Positions 1 to 11,059 of a stretch of 64,000 nt of DNA are shown here, piece after piece. The DNA lies in contig NIVC01000470.1 in the NCBI GenBank assembly GCA_002269645.1, forward strand, positions 18,872 through 82,871. Reading direction: 5' to 3'. Under the pieces are notes generated by a model, which saw nothing but the letters and a program-made list of their open reading frames with translations, was not told the DNA's origin and did not search any database. The stretch's first letter is position 1; each line of letters begins with the position of its first letter. The stretch comes from Macrostomum lignano. Lineage: Eukaryota. The translations under genes were made by a program, and so were the position numbers.

Positions 1-614
1 AAAAATGTGATGTCTATATATATATATATATGTGATAGATTAGAGAAAAAATGGCTGGACCGATTTTGTTCGAACTAGCACTGTTCGATCAGAAATTTTC
101 CCGTGACGGTACATGCATCGTGGCTAAGAAATTGCTCGATGCTAAAGGCATTAAATATTCGAAAAACATGCTTTTTTGCAAAGGTCAAGCAAACTTTTTG
201 ACTTGAAATGCATTGTAAGAATGCTAGAGAAAAAACTGACTGGTTGAATTCTGACTCTGAAATAGATTGCATCATAACTGAATTGTAACTCTGACTTGAA
301 TTGAAAATGCAGTGTGGAAGCGTAGCACCAGACTTGATTTAAATTGCGTAACCATAATTGTTAACTGATACTGACTGACTGAGAAACTGATTATGTCATA
401 ACTGCTTCGTGTGATTTACTCTATGCTTGGATTTTAAAGTTTTGAATTATTTAAGTGCAAAATTTCATGTTATCAAAACGATGAGAGCTAGCCTAGAGGT
501 GAACAAACTGAACTGCCAAATGCAGCGACGATGGTTCGAATTTTCATAGAGTATAATTTTTTTAATTAAAGCTTTTCAACGTCAGGAAAACTAAAAGACT
601 TTTTAAAAAGAATT

Positions 615-1530
615 GCGTCATGTAAAATCATAGAAGCGTCATTAAAAAATCATAGAAGCGTCATGTAAAAAATCGTAGAAGCGTCATGTAAAAAATCTTA
701 GAAGCGTCATGTAAACAATCATAGAAGCGTCATGTAAACAATCATAGAAGCGTCATGTAAACAATCATAGAAGCGTCATGTAAACAATCATGGAAGCGTC
801 ATGTAAACAATCATAGAAGCGTCATTTAAAAAATCATAGAAGCGTCATATAAAAATCGTAGAAGCGTCATGTAAACAATCATAGAAGCGTCATTTAAAAA
901 ATCATAGAAGCGTCATTAAAAAATCATAGAAGCGTCATGTAAAAAATCGTAGAAGCGTCATGTAAAAAATCTTAGAAGCGTCATGTAAACAATCATAGAA
1001 GCGTCATGTAAACAATCATAGAAGCGTCATTTAAAAAATCATAGAAGCGTCATATAAAAATCGTAGAAGCGTCATGTAAACAATCATAGAAGCGTCATGT
1101 AAACAATCATAGAAGCGTCATGTAAAAAATCATAGAAGCGTCATGTAAACAATCATAGACGCGTCAGGTAAACAATCATAGAAGCGTCATGTATTGAATC
1201 ATAGAAGCGTCATGTAAACAATCATAGAAGCGTCATGTAAACAATCATAGAAGCGCCATGTAAAAAATCATAGAAGCGTCATATAAAAACATAGAAGCGT
1301 CATTTAAAAAATCATAGAAGCGTCATGTAAAAAATCATAGAAGCGTCATGTAAACAATCATAGAAGCGACATGTAAACAATCATAGAAGCGTCGTGTAAA
1401 AATCATAGAAGCGTCATGTAAAAAATCATAGAAGCGTCATGTAAACAATCATAGAAGCGTCATGTAAATAATCATAGAAGCGTCATGTAAAAATCATAGA
1501 AGCGTCAAGAAAAAATCATAGAAGCCTCAT
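615..1530. repeat. ~22-23 bp satellite (ATCATAGAAGCGTCATGTAAACA)n
   Basis: Tandem monomers read directly; a second array of the same monomer lies at ~9160-10080. Confidence 0.95.
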
Positions 1531-2393
1531 TTAAAAACTAATGAAAGTGTCATTTAAAAAATTAAGAAGCGTCACGGTAGAATAAAAGAAACGTCATGTC
1601 AGACATGAAGGGTTCATGTAAAAATTAAATGCAATTATAGTGCTGTGCTGGCGAGAAAAACTGAGACGTAAAGGCTCTCAGAGAATAACTGAGATTACGG
1701 GGTGGGGGGGGTTTCTGAGATGTCAAAGCAAAAGTCAGAAGCTACTTCAAAGTTCATGTCACGGGGGGGCGCTGATAGAAGAAAAGTCATGTAAAAAATA
1801 AAAGTAGCACTATGTATACATAAAAGAAAAGTCATGTCGAAGTTAAAAGATTCATTTGGGAATTGCTACGATGTCAAAGCTTGGTGGAAATCGTTATAGT
1901 GCTGTGATTCTTAAAGAAGGAATCACTAAAATGTCAAGGCTTAGGGGAGAAGAATTGCTGAGATTTCAAGGCTTTAGGTTGGGTTAAAGTTAGGTTTTGG
2001 TCAGGTGTGGGTTGAGGGTTATATTTTATCGGGTTTCAAGGTTAACAGGGGATTTTTTAGATTTCAATGTTTATGGGGGCCATTGCTGACATGTCAAGGC
2101 TTACGGGGGGAATAGCTGACATGTCAAGGCTCACGGGGGTATAAATAAGATTTCAAGGCTAAAGTCAGAAGCTACATGTAGTTTATTGAAAACTTTTTAT
2201 TACATTATTTGATGCCTCCTCAGGGGAGGGAACGCTGATAAAAAAGCGTAATGTAAAAAATAAAAGAAGCTTCATGTCGAATTTAAGAGATTCATTTGGG
2301 AATCCCTACGATGTCGAGGCTTGCAGGGAATCGCTATAATGCTGTAGTAGTGCTATAATGACTCTTAGAAAGAATTACTGAAATTTCAATGCT

Positions 2394-2455
2394 TTAGGGT
2401 TAGGTTAGGGTTAGGGTTAGGGTTAGGGTTAGGGTTAGGCTAGGGTTAGGGTTAG
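2394..2455 (+). repeat. Interstitial telomeric repeat (TTAGGG)~10
   Basis: Direct reading, with a few variant units. A homologous shorter tract (5 units) lies at 11026-11059. Confidence 0.95.
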
Positions 2456-3264
2456 AAGGTTGACAGATATTTTTAGATTTCCAATGCTTATTTGGGCCAT
2501 TGCTGAGATGTCAAGGGGGGGGAGTTGATATGTTAAAGCTTGTGGGGGGGGGGGATTACTGACATGTCAAGGCTTACAAGGTTTGACAGGAGATTTTTTA
2601 AGATTTGAAGGATACATGTAGCTTATTAAAAAAACGTGTATTGCATTTCTTTGGCTCCCCAACGGGGGGCGTAGATTGCTTTCCTATATACTAAAAATGA
2701 GTTGTCTGTGGGTATGCGATAGATTTCAGAAAAATTGGCTCAACCGATTTTCTTCAAACTTGCACCATTCGATCAGAAATTTTCCTGGGACGGTACATGC
2801 ATCTTGGCTAAGAAATTGCTCAATGTTAAAGGGATTAAATATTCGAAAAACATGCTTTTTTGCAAAGGTCAAGCAAAATTTTCGACTTGAAATGCATTGT
2901 AAGAATGCTAGAAAAAAACCTGACTGACTGAATTTCAATTCTGATAAAGATTGCATCACAACAAGTAGAAAACAGTGCCGAAGAAATGCACACACGACTT
3001 GATTTAAATTGCGTAACCAATATTGCTAACTTGAATTGAAACTGATACTGGCTGACTGAGAAATTGATTATGTCATAACTTTTTACTCTAATTGACTTGC
3101 TGTAAGAATTGAATTATAAGGGCCACAATTGATGTACTCCAATTGAAAAGAGATAGCCCAGATGCGAACAGACTGGAATGCTAATGTAGCGACCTGGGTT
3201 CGAATCTTAGTAGTGCAAAATAGTTTTTTTATTAAAACACCTTAAAAACACAAAACTTCTAAAC

Positions 3265-5700
3265 ATAAAAGAAGCGCAATGTCAAACATAGAAGAGCCAC
3301 CATGTCGAACATAAAAGAGCTAACATATCGAATATTAAAGAGCCACCATGTCAAACCTAAACGAGCCACCATGTCTAATATTTAAGAGGCACCATTTAAA
3401 ACATATAAGTGACTTTATGTCAAACATAAAAGAGCCACCATTTCGAACATTAAACAGCCACCATTTCGAAATTAAAGAGCCACCATGTCGAAAATAAAAG
3501 AGCCACTATTTCGAACATTAAAGAGCCACCATTTCCAACATTAAAGAGCCACCATGTCGACCATAAAAAAGCCACTATTTCGAACATCAAAGAGCCACTA
3601 TGTCAAACATTTAGGAGCCACTTTTTCGAACATTAAAGAGCCACCTTATCGAACATAAAAGAGCCACTATTTTAAACATTAAAGAGCCACCATTTCGAAC
3701 ATAAAAGAGCCACCATGTCTATCATTAAAGAGCCACCATGTCAAACATTCAAAAGCCACATTGTCAAACATTAAAGAGCCACTATGTCAAACATTTAGGA
3801 GCCACTTTGTCGAACATTAAAGAGCCACCATGTCAAACATAAAAGAGCCAACATGTCAGACTTTAAAAAAGCCACCGTATTAAATATAAAAGAGTTACCA
3901 TGTAGAACAAAAAAGAGCCACCATTTCGAACAAAAACGAGCCACCATGTCAAACATTCAAAAGCCACATTGTCAAACATTAAAGAGCCACTATGTCAAAC
4001 ATTTAGGAGCCACTTTGTCGAACATTAAAGAGCCACCATGTCGAACATTAAAGAGCTACCACGTCAAACCTAAACGAGCCACCATGTCTAATATTTAAGA
4101 GGCACCATGTAAAACATATAAGTGACTTTATGTCAAACATAAAAGAGCCACCATTTCTAACATTAAACAGCCACCATTTCGAACATTAAAGAGCCACCAT
4201 GTCGAAAATAAAAGAGTCACTATTTCGAACATCAAAGAGCCACTATGTCAAACATTTAGGAGCCACTTTTTCGAACATTAAAGAGCCACCATGTCAAACA
4301 TAAAAGAGCCAACATGTCAAACATAAAAGAGCCAACATGTCAAACATAAAGAGCCACCATGTCAAACATTTAAGAGCCACCATGTCAAACATATATGTGA
4401 CTTTGTGTTAAACATTAAAGAGCCACCATTTCGAACATTAAAGAGCCACCATGTCAAACATGAAAGAGCTATAACATGAAGAATATTAAAGAGCCACCAT
4501 GTCGAACATAAAAGAGCTGCCATGTAAAATAACAAAGCGCTACCAAGTTAAACATAAAAGAGCCACCATGTAAAACATTAAAGAGCCACCATGTGAAACA
4601 TTAAAGAGCCACCATGTTAAACATTTAAGAGCCTTCGTGTCAAACCTAGAAGAGCCACCATGTCGAACATAACAGAGCTACCATGTCAAACATTAAAGAG
4701 CCACCATGTCAAACATTCAAAAGCCACATTGTCAAACATTGAAGAGCCACTATGTCAAACATTTAGGAGCCACTTTGTCGAACATTAAAGAGCCAACATG
4801 TCAGACATTAAAAAAGCCACCGTATCAAATAAAAAGAGTTAACATGTAGAACAAAAAAGAGCCACCATTTCGAACATAAAAGAGCCAACATGTCAAACAT
4901 AAAGAGCCACCATGTCAAACATTTAAGAGCCACCATGTCAAACATATATGTGACTTTATGTCAAACATTAAAGAGCCACCATTTCGGACATAACAGAGCT
5001 ACCATGTCAAACATTAAAGAGCCACCATGTCGAACATAAAAGAGCAACCATGTAAAACATTAAAGAGCCACCATGTCAAACATTAAAGAGCCACCATGTC
5101 GAAAATAAAAGAGCCACTATTTCGAACATTAAAGAGCCACCATTTCGAACATTAAAGAGCCACCATGTCGACCATAAAAGAGCCACTATTTCGAACATTA
5201 AATATCCACCATGTCAAACATAAAAGAGCCAACATGTCAAACATAAAAGAGCCAACATGTCAAACATAAAGAGCCACCATGTCGAAAATGAAAGAGCCAC
5301 TATTTCGAACATTAAAGAGCCACCATTTCGAACATTAAAGAGCCACCATGTCGACCATAAAAGAGCCACTATTTCGAACATTAAAGATCCACCATGTCAA
5401 ACATAAAAGAGCCAACATGTCAAACATAAAAGAGCCACCATTTCGAACATTAAAGAGCCACCATTTCGAACATTAAAGAGTCACTGTGTCAAACATAAAA
5501 GAGCCACTGTTTCAAACATAAAAGAGCCACCAGGTTAAACATTAAAGAGCCACCATGTAAAACATAAAAGAGCCACCATGTCTGACATTAAAAAGCCATC
5601 GTTTCAAACATAAAACAGTTGCCATGTAGAACTTAAAACAGCCACCATGTCAAACATAAAATTTACACAATTTCAAACATAAAAGTAAGCGAATTTTAAA
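3265..5700. repeat. ~22 bp satellite (AAAGAGCCACCATGTCAAACAT)n
   Basis: About 100 diverged monomers with higher-order duplications. Confidence 0.95.
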
Positions 5701-5754
5701 GGAGCCACTATAATGCTAAGGAAATTATCGCACTAGCTACTTATTGTCTGGTGG

Positions 5755-6170
5755 ATGCTTGCTATTTGGGGATGCTATCTATGTAGGGGATGCTTGCTAT
5801 CTGGCGGATGCTTGCTATCTGGGGGATGCTTGCTATCTGGGGGATGCTTGCTATCTGGGGGTTGCTTGTAATCTGGAAGATGCTTGCTATCTGGCGGATG
5901 CTTGCTATCTGGGGGATGCTTGCTATCTGGGGGATGCTTGCTATCTGGGGGATGCTTGCTATCTGGGGGTTGCTTGTAATCTGGAAGATGCTTGCTATCT
6001 GGCGGATGCTTGCTATCTGGAAGATGCTTGCTATCTGGCGGATGCTTGCTATCTGGGGGATGCTTGCTATCTGGGGGATGCTTGCTATCTGGGGGATGCT
6101 TGCTATCTGGGGGTTGCTTGTAATCTGGAAGATGCTTGCTATCTGGGGGATGCTTGCTGTCTTGGGATGA
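5755..6170. repeat. 18 bp minisatellite (GATGCTTGCTATCTGGGG)n
   Basis: Tandem array; degenerate second copy at ~8800-9010. It is the source of the four overlapping spurious ORFs at 5744-6319. Confidence 0.95.
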
Positions 6171-6848
6171 TTTCTTTTTGCATTGCACTTCCTTTGAGTA
6201 TTTTGTCTGTTTTTTTTGTGAAGGCCTTTTTTGGCTATCTTTTTGTTACTTGTAGAGAACAGAGGTTCTATACAGATGTCCCCCAACGGGGGGCGAAGAT
6301 TGCTAGTCTAATATACTAAAAATGAAATGCTTGGTTGCTTGCTTGTAATTGATTTTCTCCCGAACGGCTCAACCGATTTTCTTCAAACTTGCACCATTCG
6401 ATCAGAAATTTTCCCGGGACGGTACATGCATATTGGCTAAGAAATTGCTCAATGTTAAAGGGATTAAATATTCGAAAAACATGATTTTTTGCAAAGGTCA
6501 AGCAGCTCTTTCGACCTGAAATGCATTGTAAGAATGCTAGAGAAAAATCTGACTGGTTGAATTCTGATTCTGAAATAGATTGCATCACAATACACTTTAT
6601 TTATCGTCTGTGTACTGGCTGAATTTGACACTCAATTGAATTGCGTCACAGCTTTGAGGGTGAAAGTATAGTGCAGTACTGAATTTATATTACGTAACCA
6701 TATTGTTAACTTTCATAGACACTGGTACTGACTTGCCTAAGAAATTGATTATGTCATAACTGCTTCGCGTGACTTTTTACTCTACCTGACTTGGTGTGAG
6801 TGTTGAATTAATTATATAAGTGGTACAAATTCACTGATAACTTCGATG

Positions 6849-6912
6849 AGAGCTAGCCTAGAGCTGAGCAGACCAGACTGCTAATGCAGCGACCTGGGTT
6901 CGAATCTAAGTA
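6849..6912 (+). mobile_element. Degenerate tRNA-derived SINE head inside the Helitron units (also 484-541, ~3150-3212, 9047-9104)
   Basis: A-box-like TAGCCTAGAG and B-box GGTTCGAATC. Aligns by eye with the SINE head at 59821-59890 (tagcct..gagcag..cagcgacc..gg(t/c)tcga(a/t)tc). No intact cloverleaf. Confidence 0.55.
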
Positions 6913-6977
6913 GTTTAAAAGTAGTAGTGTAAAATTTTTTATTAAAAGCTTTTATTAAAGGACTAAATAAAAACACT

Positions 6978-8760
6978 TAGATTACTGCACTCGATAAGCT
7001 AAGGATTATTGCTCTTGGCAAACCAAGGAATACTGCACTCGATAAGCCAAGGATTATTGCTCTTGGCAAACCAAGGATTACTGCACTCGATAAGCCATGG
7101 ATTATTGCTATTAATAAACCAAGGATTACTGCACTCGATAAGCCAAGGATTATTGCTATTAATAAACCATGAATTACTGCACTCGATAAGCCAAGGATTA
7201 TTGCTATTAATAAACCAAGGATTACTGCACTCATAAGCCATGGATTATTGCTATTAATAAACCAAGGATTACTGCACTCGATAAGCCAAGGATTATTGCT
7301 ATTAATAAACCAAGGATTACTGCACTCGATAAACCAAGGATTATTGCTATTAATAAACCAAGGATTACTGCACTCGATAAGCCAAGGACTATTGCTATTA
7401 ATAAACCAAGGATTACTGCACTCAATAAACCAAGGACTATTGCTCTTGGCAAACCAAGGATTACTGCACTCGATAAGCCAAGGACTATTGCTCTTGGCAA
7501 ACCAAGGATTACTGCACTCGATAAGCCATGGATTATTGCTATTAATAAACCAAGGATTACTGCACTCGATAAGCCAAGGATTATTGCTATTAATAAACTA
7601 AGGATTACTGCACTCGATAAACCAAGGATTATTGCTATTAATAAACCAAGGATTATGCACTTGGCAAACCAAGGATTACTGCAATCGATAAGCCAAGGAT
7701 TATTGCTATTAATAAACCAAGCATTACTGCACTCAATAAACCAAGGACTATTGCTATTAATAAACCAAGGATTACTGCACTCAAAAAACCAAGGACTATT
7801 GCTCTTGGCAAACCAAGGATTACTGCACTCGATAAGCCAAGGATTATTGCTATTAATAAACCAAGGATTACTGCACTCGATAAGCCAAGGATTATTGCTA
7901 TTAATAAACCAAGGATTACTGCACTCAATAAACCAAGGACTATTGCTATTAATAAACCAAGGATTACTGCACTCAATAAACCAAGGACTATTGCTCTTGG
8001 CAAACCAAGGATTACTGCACTCGATAAGCCAAGGACTATTGCTCTTGGCAAACCAAGGATTACTGCACTCGATAAGCCATGGATTATTGCTATTAATAAA
8101 CCAAGGATTACTGCACTCGATAAGCCAAGGATTATTGCTATTAATAAACCAAGGATTACTGCACTCGATAAACCAAGGATTATGCACTTGGCAAACCAAG
8201 GATTACTGCACTCGATAAGCCAAGGATTATTGCTATTAATAAACCAAGGATTACTGCACTCAATAAACCAAGGACTATTGCTATTAATAAACCAAGGATT
8301 ACTGCACTCAATAAACCAAGGACTATTGCTCTTGGCAAACCAAGGATTACTGCACTCGATAAGCCAAGGACTATTGCTCTTGGCAAACCAAGGATTACTG
8401 CACTCGATAAGCCATGGATTATTGCTATTAATAAACCAAGGATTACTGCACTCGATAAGCCAAGGATTATTGCTATTAATAAACCAAGGATTACTGCACT
8501 CGATAAGCCAAGGATTATTGCTATTAATAAACCAAGGATTACTGCACTCGATAAGGCATGGATTATTGCTATTAATAAACCAAGGATTACTGCACTCGAT
8601 AAGCCAAGGATTATTGCTATAAATAAACCATGAATTACTGCACTCGATAAGCCAAGGATTATTGCTATTAATAAACCAAGGATTACTGCACTCGATAAGC
8701 CATGGATTATTGCTATTAATAAACCAAGGATTACTGCACTCGATAGCCAAGGATTACTGC
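6978..8760. repeat. Dimeric ~24+24 bp satellite (CCAAGGATTACTGCACTCGATAAG / CCAAGGATTATTGCTATTAATAAA)
   Basis: Alternating two-monomer tandem array. Confidence 0.95.
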
Positions 8761-9159
8761 GCTTGATAAGCTTGGCTACATGTATAGGATTATTTCTATC
8801 CAGGGATGCTTGCTATTTAGGGATTCTTGCTATGTGCAGGATGCTTGCTATCTGGAAGGATGCTTCTACATTATTTGGGGTATGCTTGCTATCTGCAAGA
8901 TGCTTGCTATCTGCAAGATGCTTGCTATCTGCAGATGCTTGCTATCTGGGTGGATGCTTGCTAGGAGTATTAGGGGATGCTTGCTACTGGGGGATGCTTG
9001 CTGTCTTGGGAATATTTTCTATTTAGGGGTAATGACTAAAATTCATGAGAGCTAGCCTAGAGGTAAACAGACTAAACTGCTAAATGCAGGGACGATGGTT
9101 CGAATTTTTAGAGAGTAGAGTTTTTTTAATTAAAGCCTTTTAACGCCAAGACAAAAAAA

Positions 9160-10080
9160 ATTATGGAAGCGTCATGTAAACAATCATACAAGCGTCATGT
9201 AAACAATCATAGAAGCGTCATGTAAAAATAATAGAAGCGTCATGTAAAAATCATAGAAGCGTCATGTAAAAATCATAGAAGCGTAATGTAAACAATCATA
9301 GAAGCGTCATGTTAAAATCATAAAAGCGTCATGTAAACAATCATACAAGCGTCATGTAAACAATCATAGAAGCGTCATGTAAAAAAATCATAGAAGCGTC
9401 ATGTTAAAATCATAAAAGCGTCATAAAAAATCATAGAAGCGTCATGCAAGCAATCATAGAAGCGTAATGTAAACAATCATAGAAGCGTCATGTTAAAATC
9501 ATACAAGCGTCATGTAAACAATCATACAAGCGTCATGTAAACAATCATAGAAGCGTCATGTAAAAAAATCATAGAAGCGTCATGTTAAAATCATAGAAGC
9601 GTCATGTAAACAATCATAGAAGCGTCATGTAAACAATCATAGAAGCGTCATGTAAAAATCATAGAAGCGTCATGTAAAAATCATAGAAGCGTCATGTAAA
9701 CAATCATAAAAGCGTCATGTAAACAATCATAGAAGCGTCATGTATACAATCATAGAAGCGTCATGTTAAAATCATAGAAGCGTCATGTAAACAATCATAG
9801 AAGCGTCATGTAAAAATCATAGAAGCGTCATGTAAAAATCATAGAAGCGTCATGTAAAAATCATAGAAGCGTCATGTAAAAATCATAGAAGCGTCATGTA
9901 AAAAATCATAGAAGCGTCATGTAAAAATCATAAAAGCGTCATGTAAAAAATCATAGAAGCGTCATGTAAACAATCATACAAGCGTCATGTAAACAATCAT
10001 AGAAGCGTCATGTAAAAATCATACAAGCGTCATGTAAACAAGCATAGAAGCGTCATGAAAAAATTATAGAAGCCTCATAT
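9160..10080. repeat. Second array of the ATCATAGAAGCGTCATGTAAA satellite
   Basis: Same monomer and same flanks as 615-1530. Confidence 0.95.
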
Positions 10081-11025
10081 AAAAACTAATGAAAGTGTGT
10101 CATTTAAAAAATTAAGAAGCATCATGGAAGAATAAAAGAAGCGTAACGTAAAAATCAAAAGAAGCGTCATGTCAGACATGAAAGAAATGTCATATAAAAA
10201 TTAAATGAAGCTATAGTACAGTGCTGTGCTGGGGAGAATTACTGAGACGTCAAGGCTCACAGAGAATAACTGAGATTACAGGGGGGTTTCTGAGATGTTA
10301 AAGCAAAAGTCAGAAGCTACTTCAAAGTACATGTACTTTACTTAAGTTTTTTATTGCATTCTTTGTTGGCTTGCCACGGTGGGGGGGGCGCTGATAGAAG
10401 AAGAGTCATGTAAAAATAAAAGGAGCACTATGTATACATAAAATAAAAGTCATGTCAAAGTTAAAAGATTCATTTGGGAATTGCTACGATGTCAAAGCTT
10501 GGAGGGAATCGTTATAGTGCTGTGATTCTTAAAGAAGGAATCACTTAAATGCCAAGGCTTAGGGAAGAAGAATTGCTGTGATTTCAAGGCTTTAGGTTGG
10601 GTGAAAGTTAGGTTTACGTCAGGTTTGGGTTGAGGGTTAGATTTTAGCGCGTTTCAAGGTTAACAGGGGATTTTTTAGATTTCAAGGTTTATGGGGGGCA
10701 TCGCTGACATGTCAAGGCTTACGAGGGGAATCTATCTATCTATCTATAGCTGAGATGTCAAGGCTCACGGGGGAATAAATGAGATGTCAAGGCTAATGTC
10801 AGAAGCTACATGTAGTTTATTGGAAAAAAGTTATTACATTATTTGTTGGCTCCTCACGGGAGGGATCGCTGATAGAAAAAGCGTAATGTAAAAAAAAAAG
10901 AAGCTTCATGTCAAAGTTAGAGGTTTCATTTGGGAATCCCTACGATGTCGAGGCTTGCAGGGAATCGCTATAATGCTGTAGTAGTGCTATAGACTCTTAG
11001 AGAGAATTACTGAAATTTCAATGCT

Positions 11026-11059
11026 TTAGGGTTAGGGTTAGGGTTAGGGTTAGGGTTAG
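11026..11059 (+). repeat. Interstitial (TTAGGG)5
   Basis: Direct reading; same left flank (ttactgaaatttcaatgct) as the 2394 tract. Confidence 0.9.

Larger units (their letters stand above)
1..2682 (+). mobile_element. Non-autonomous Helitron-like unit 1 (5' end just outside or at the window edge)
   Basis: Shares a ~250-bp 5' block with 2730-2950 and 6365-6590. Ends in hairpin GCTCCCC-AAC-GGGGGGC (2654-2670) followed by a degenerate CTAG (CTTT, 2679-2682), abutting the next unit's start CCTATATACTAAAA. No Rep/helicase ORF. Confidence 0.65.
2683..6306 (+). mobile_element. Non-autonomous Helitron-like unit 2
   Basis: Starts (T/C)CTATATACTAAAA. Ends in hairpin GTCCCCC-AAC-GGGGGGC (6278-6294) and CTAG (6303-6306), joined directly to TCTAATATACTAAAA. 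TC...hairpin...CTAG are the canonical Helitron termini. Confidence 0.75.

Noticed and set aside
3853-8750. Numerous long ORFs (e.g. 5744-6319, 7231-8199, 7653-8750) resembling pentapeptide- or LRR-like repeat proteins
   Set aside because: They are translations of 18-48 bp satellites, open in several frames and on both strands, with no unique domain.
6978-8760. CRISPR-like appearance of repeat arrays here and at 57575-58870
   Set aside because: There are no unique spacers and no cas genes, and the context is eukaryotic.
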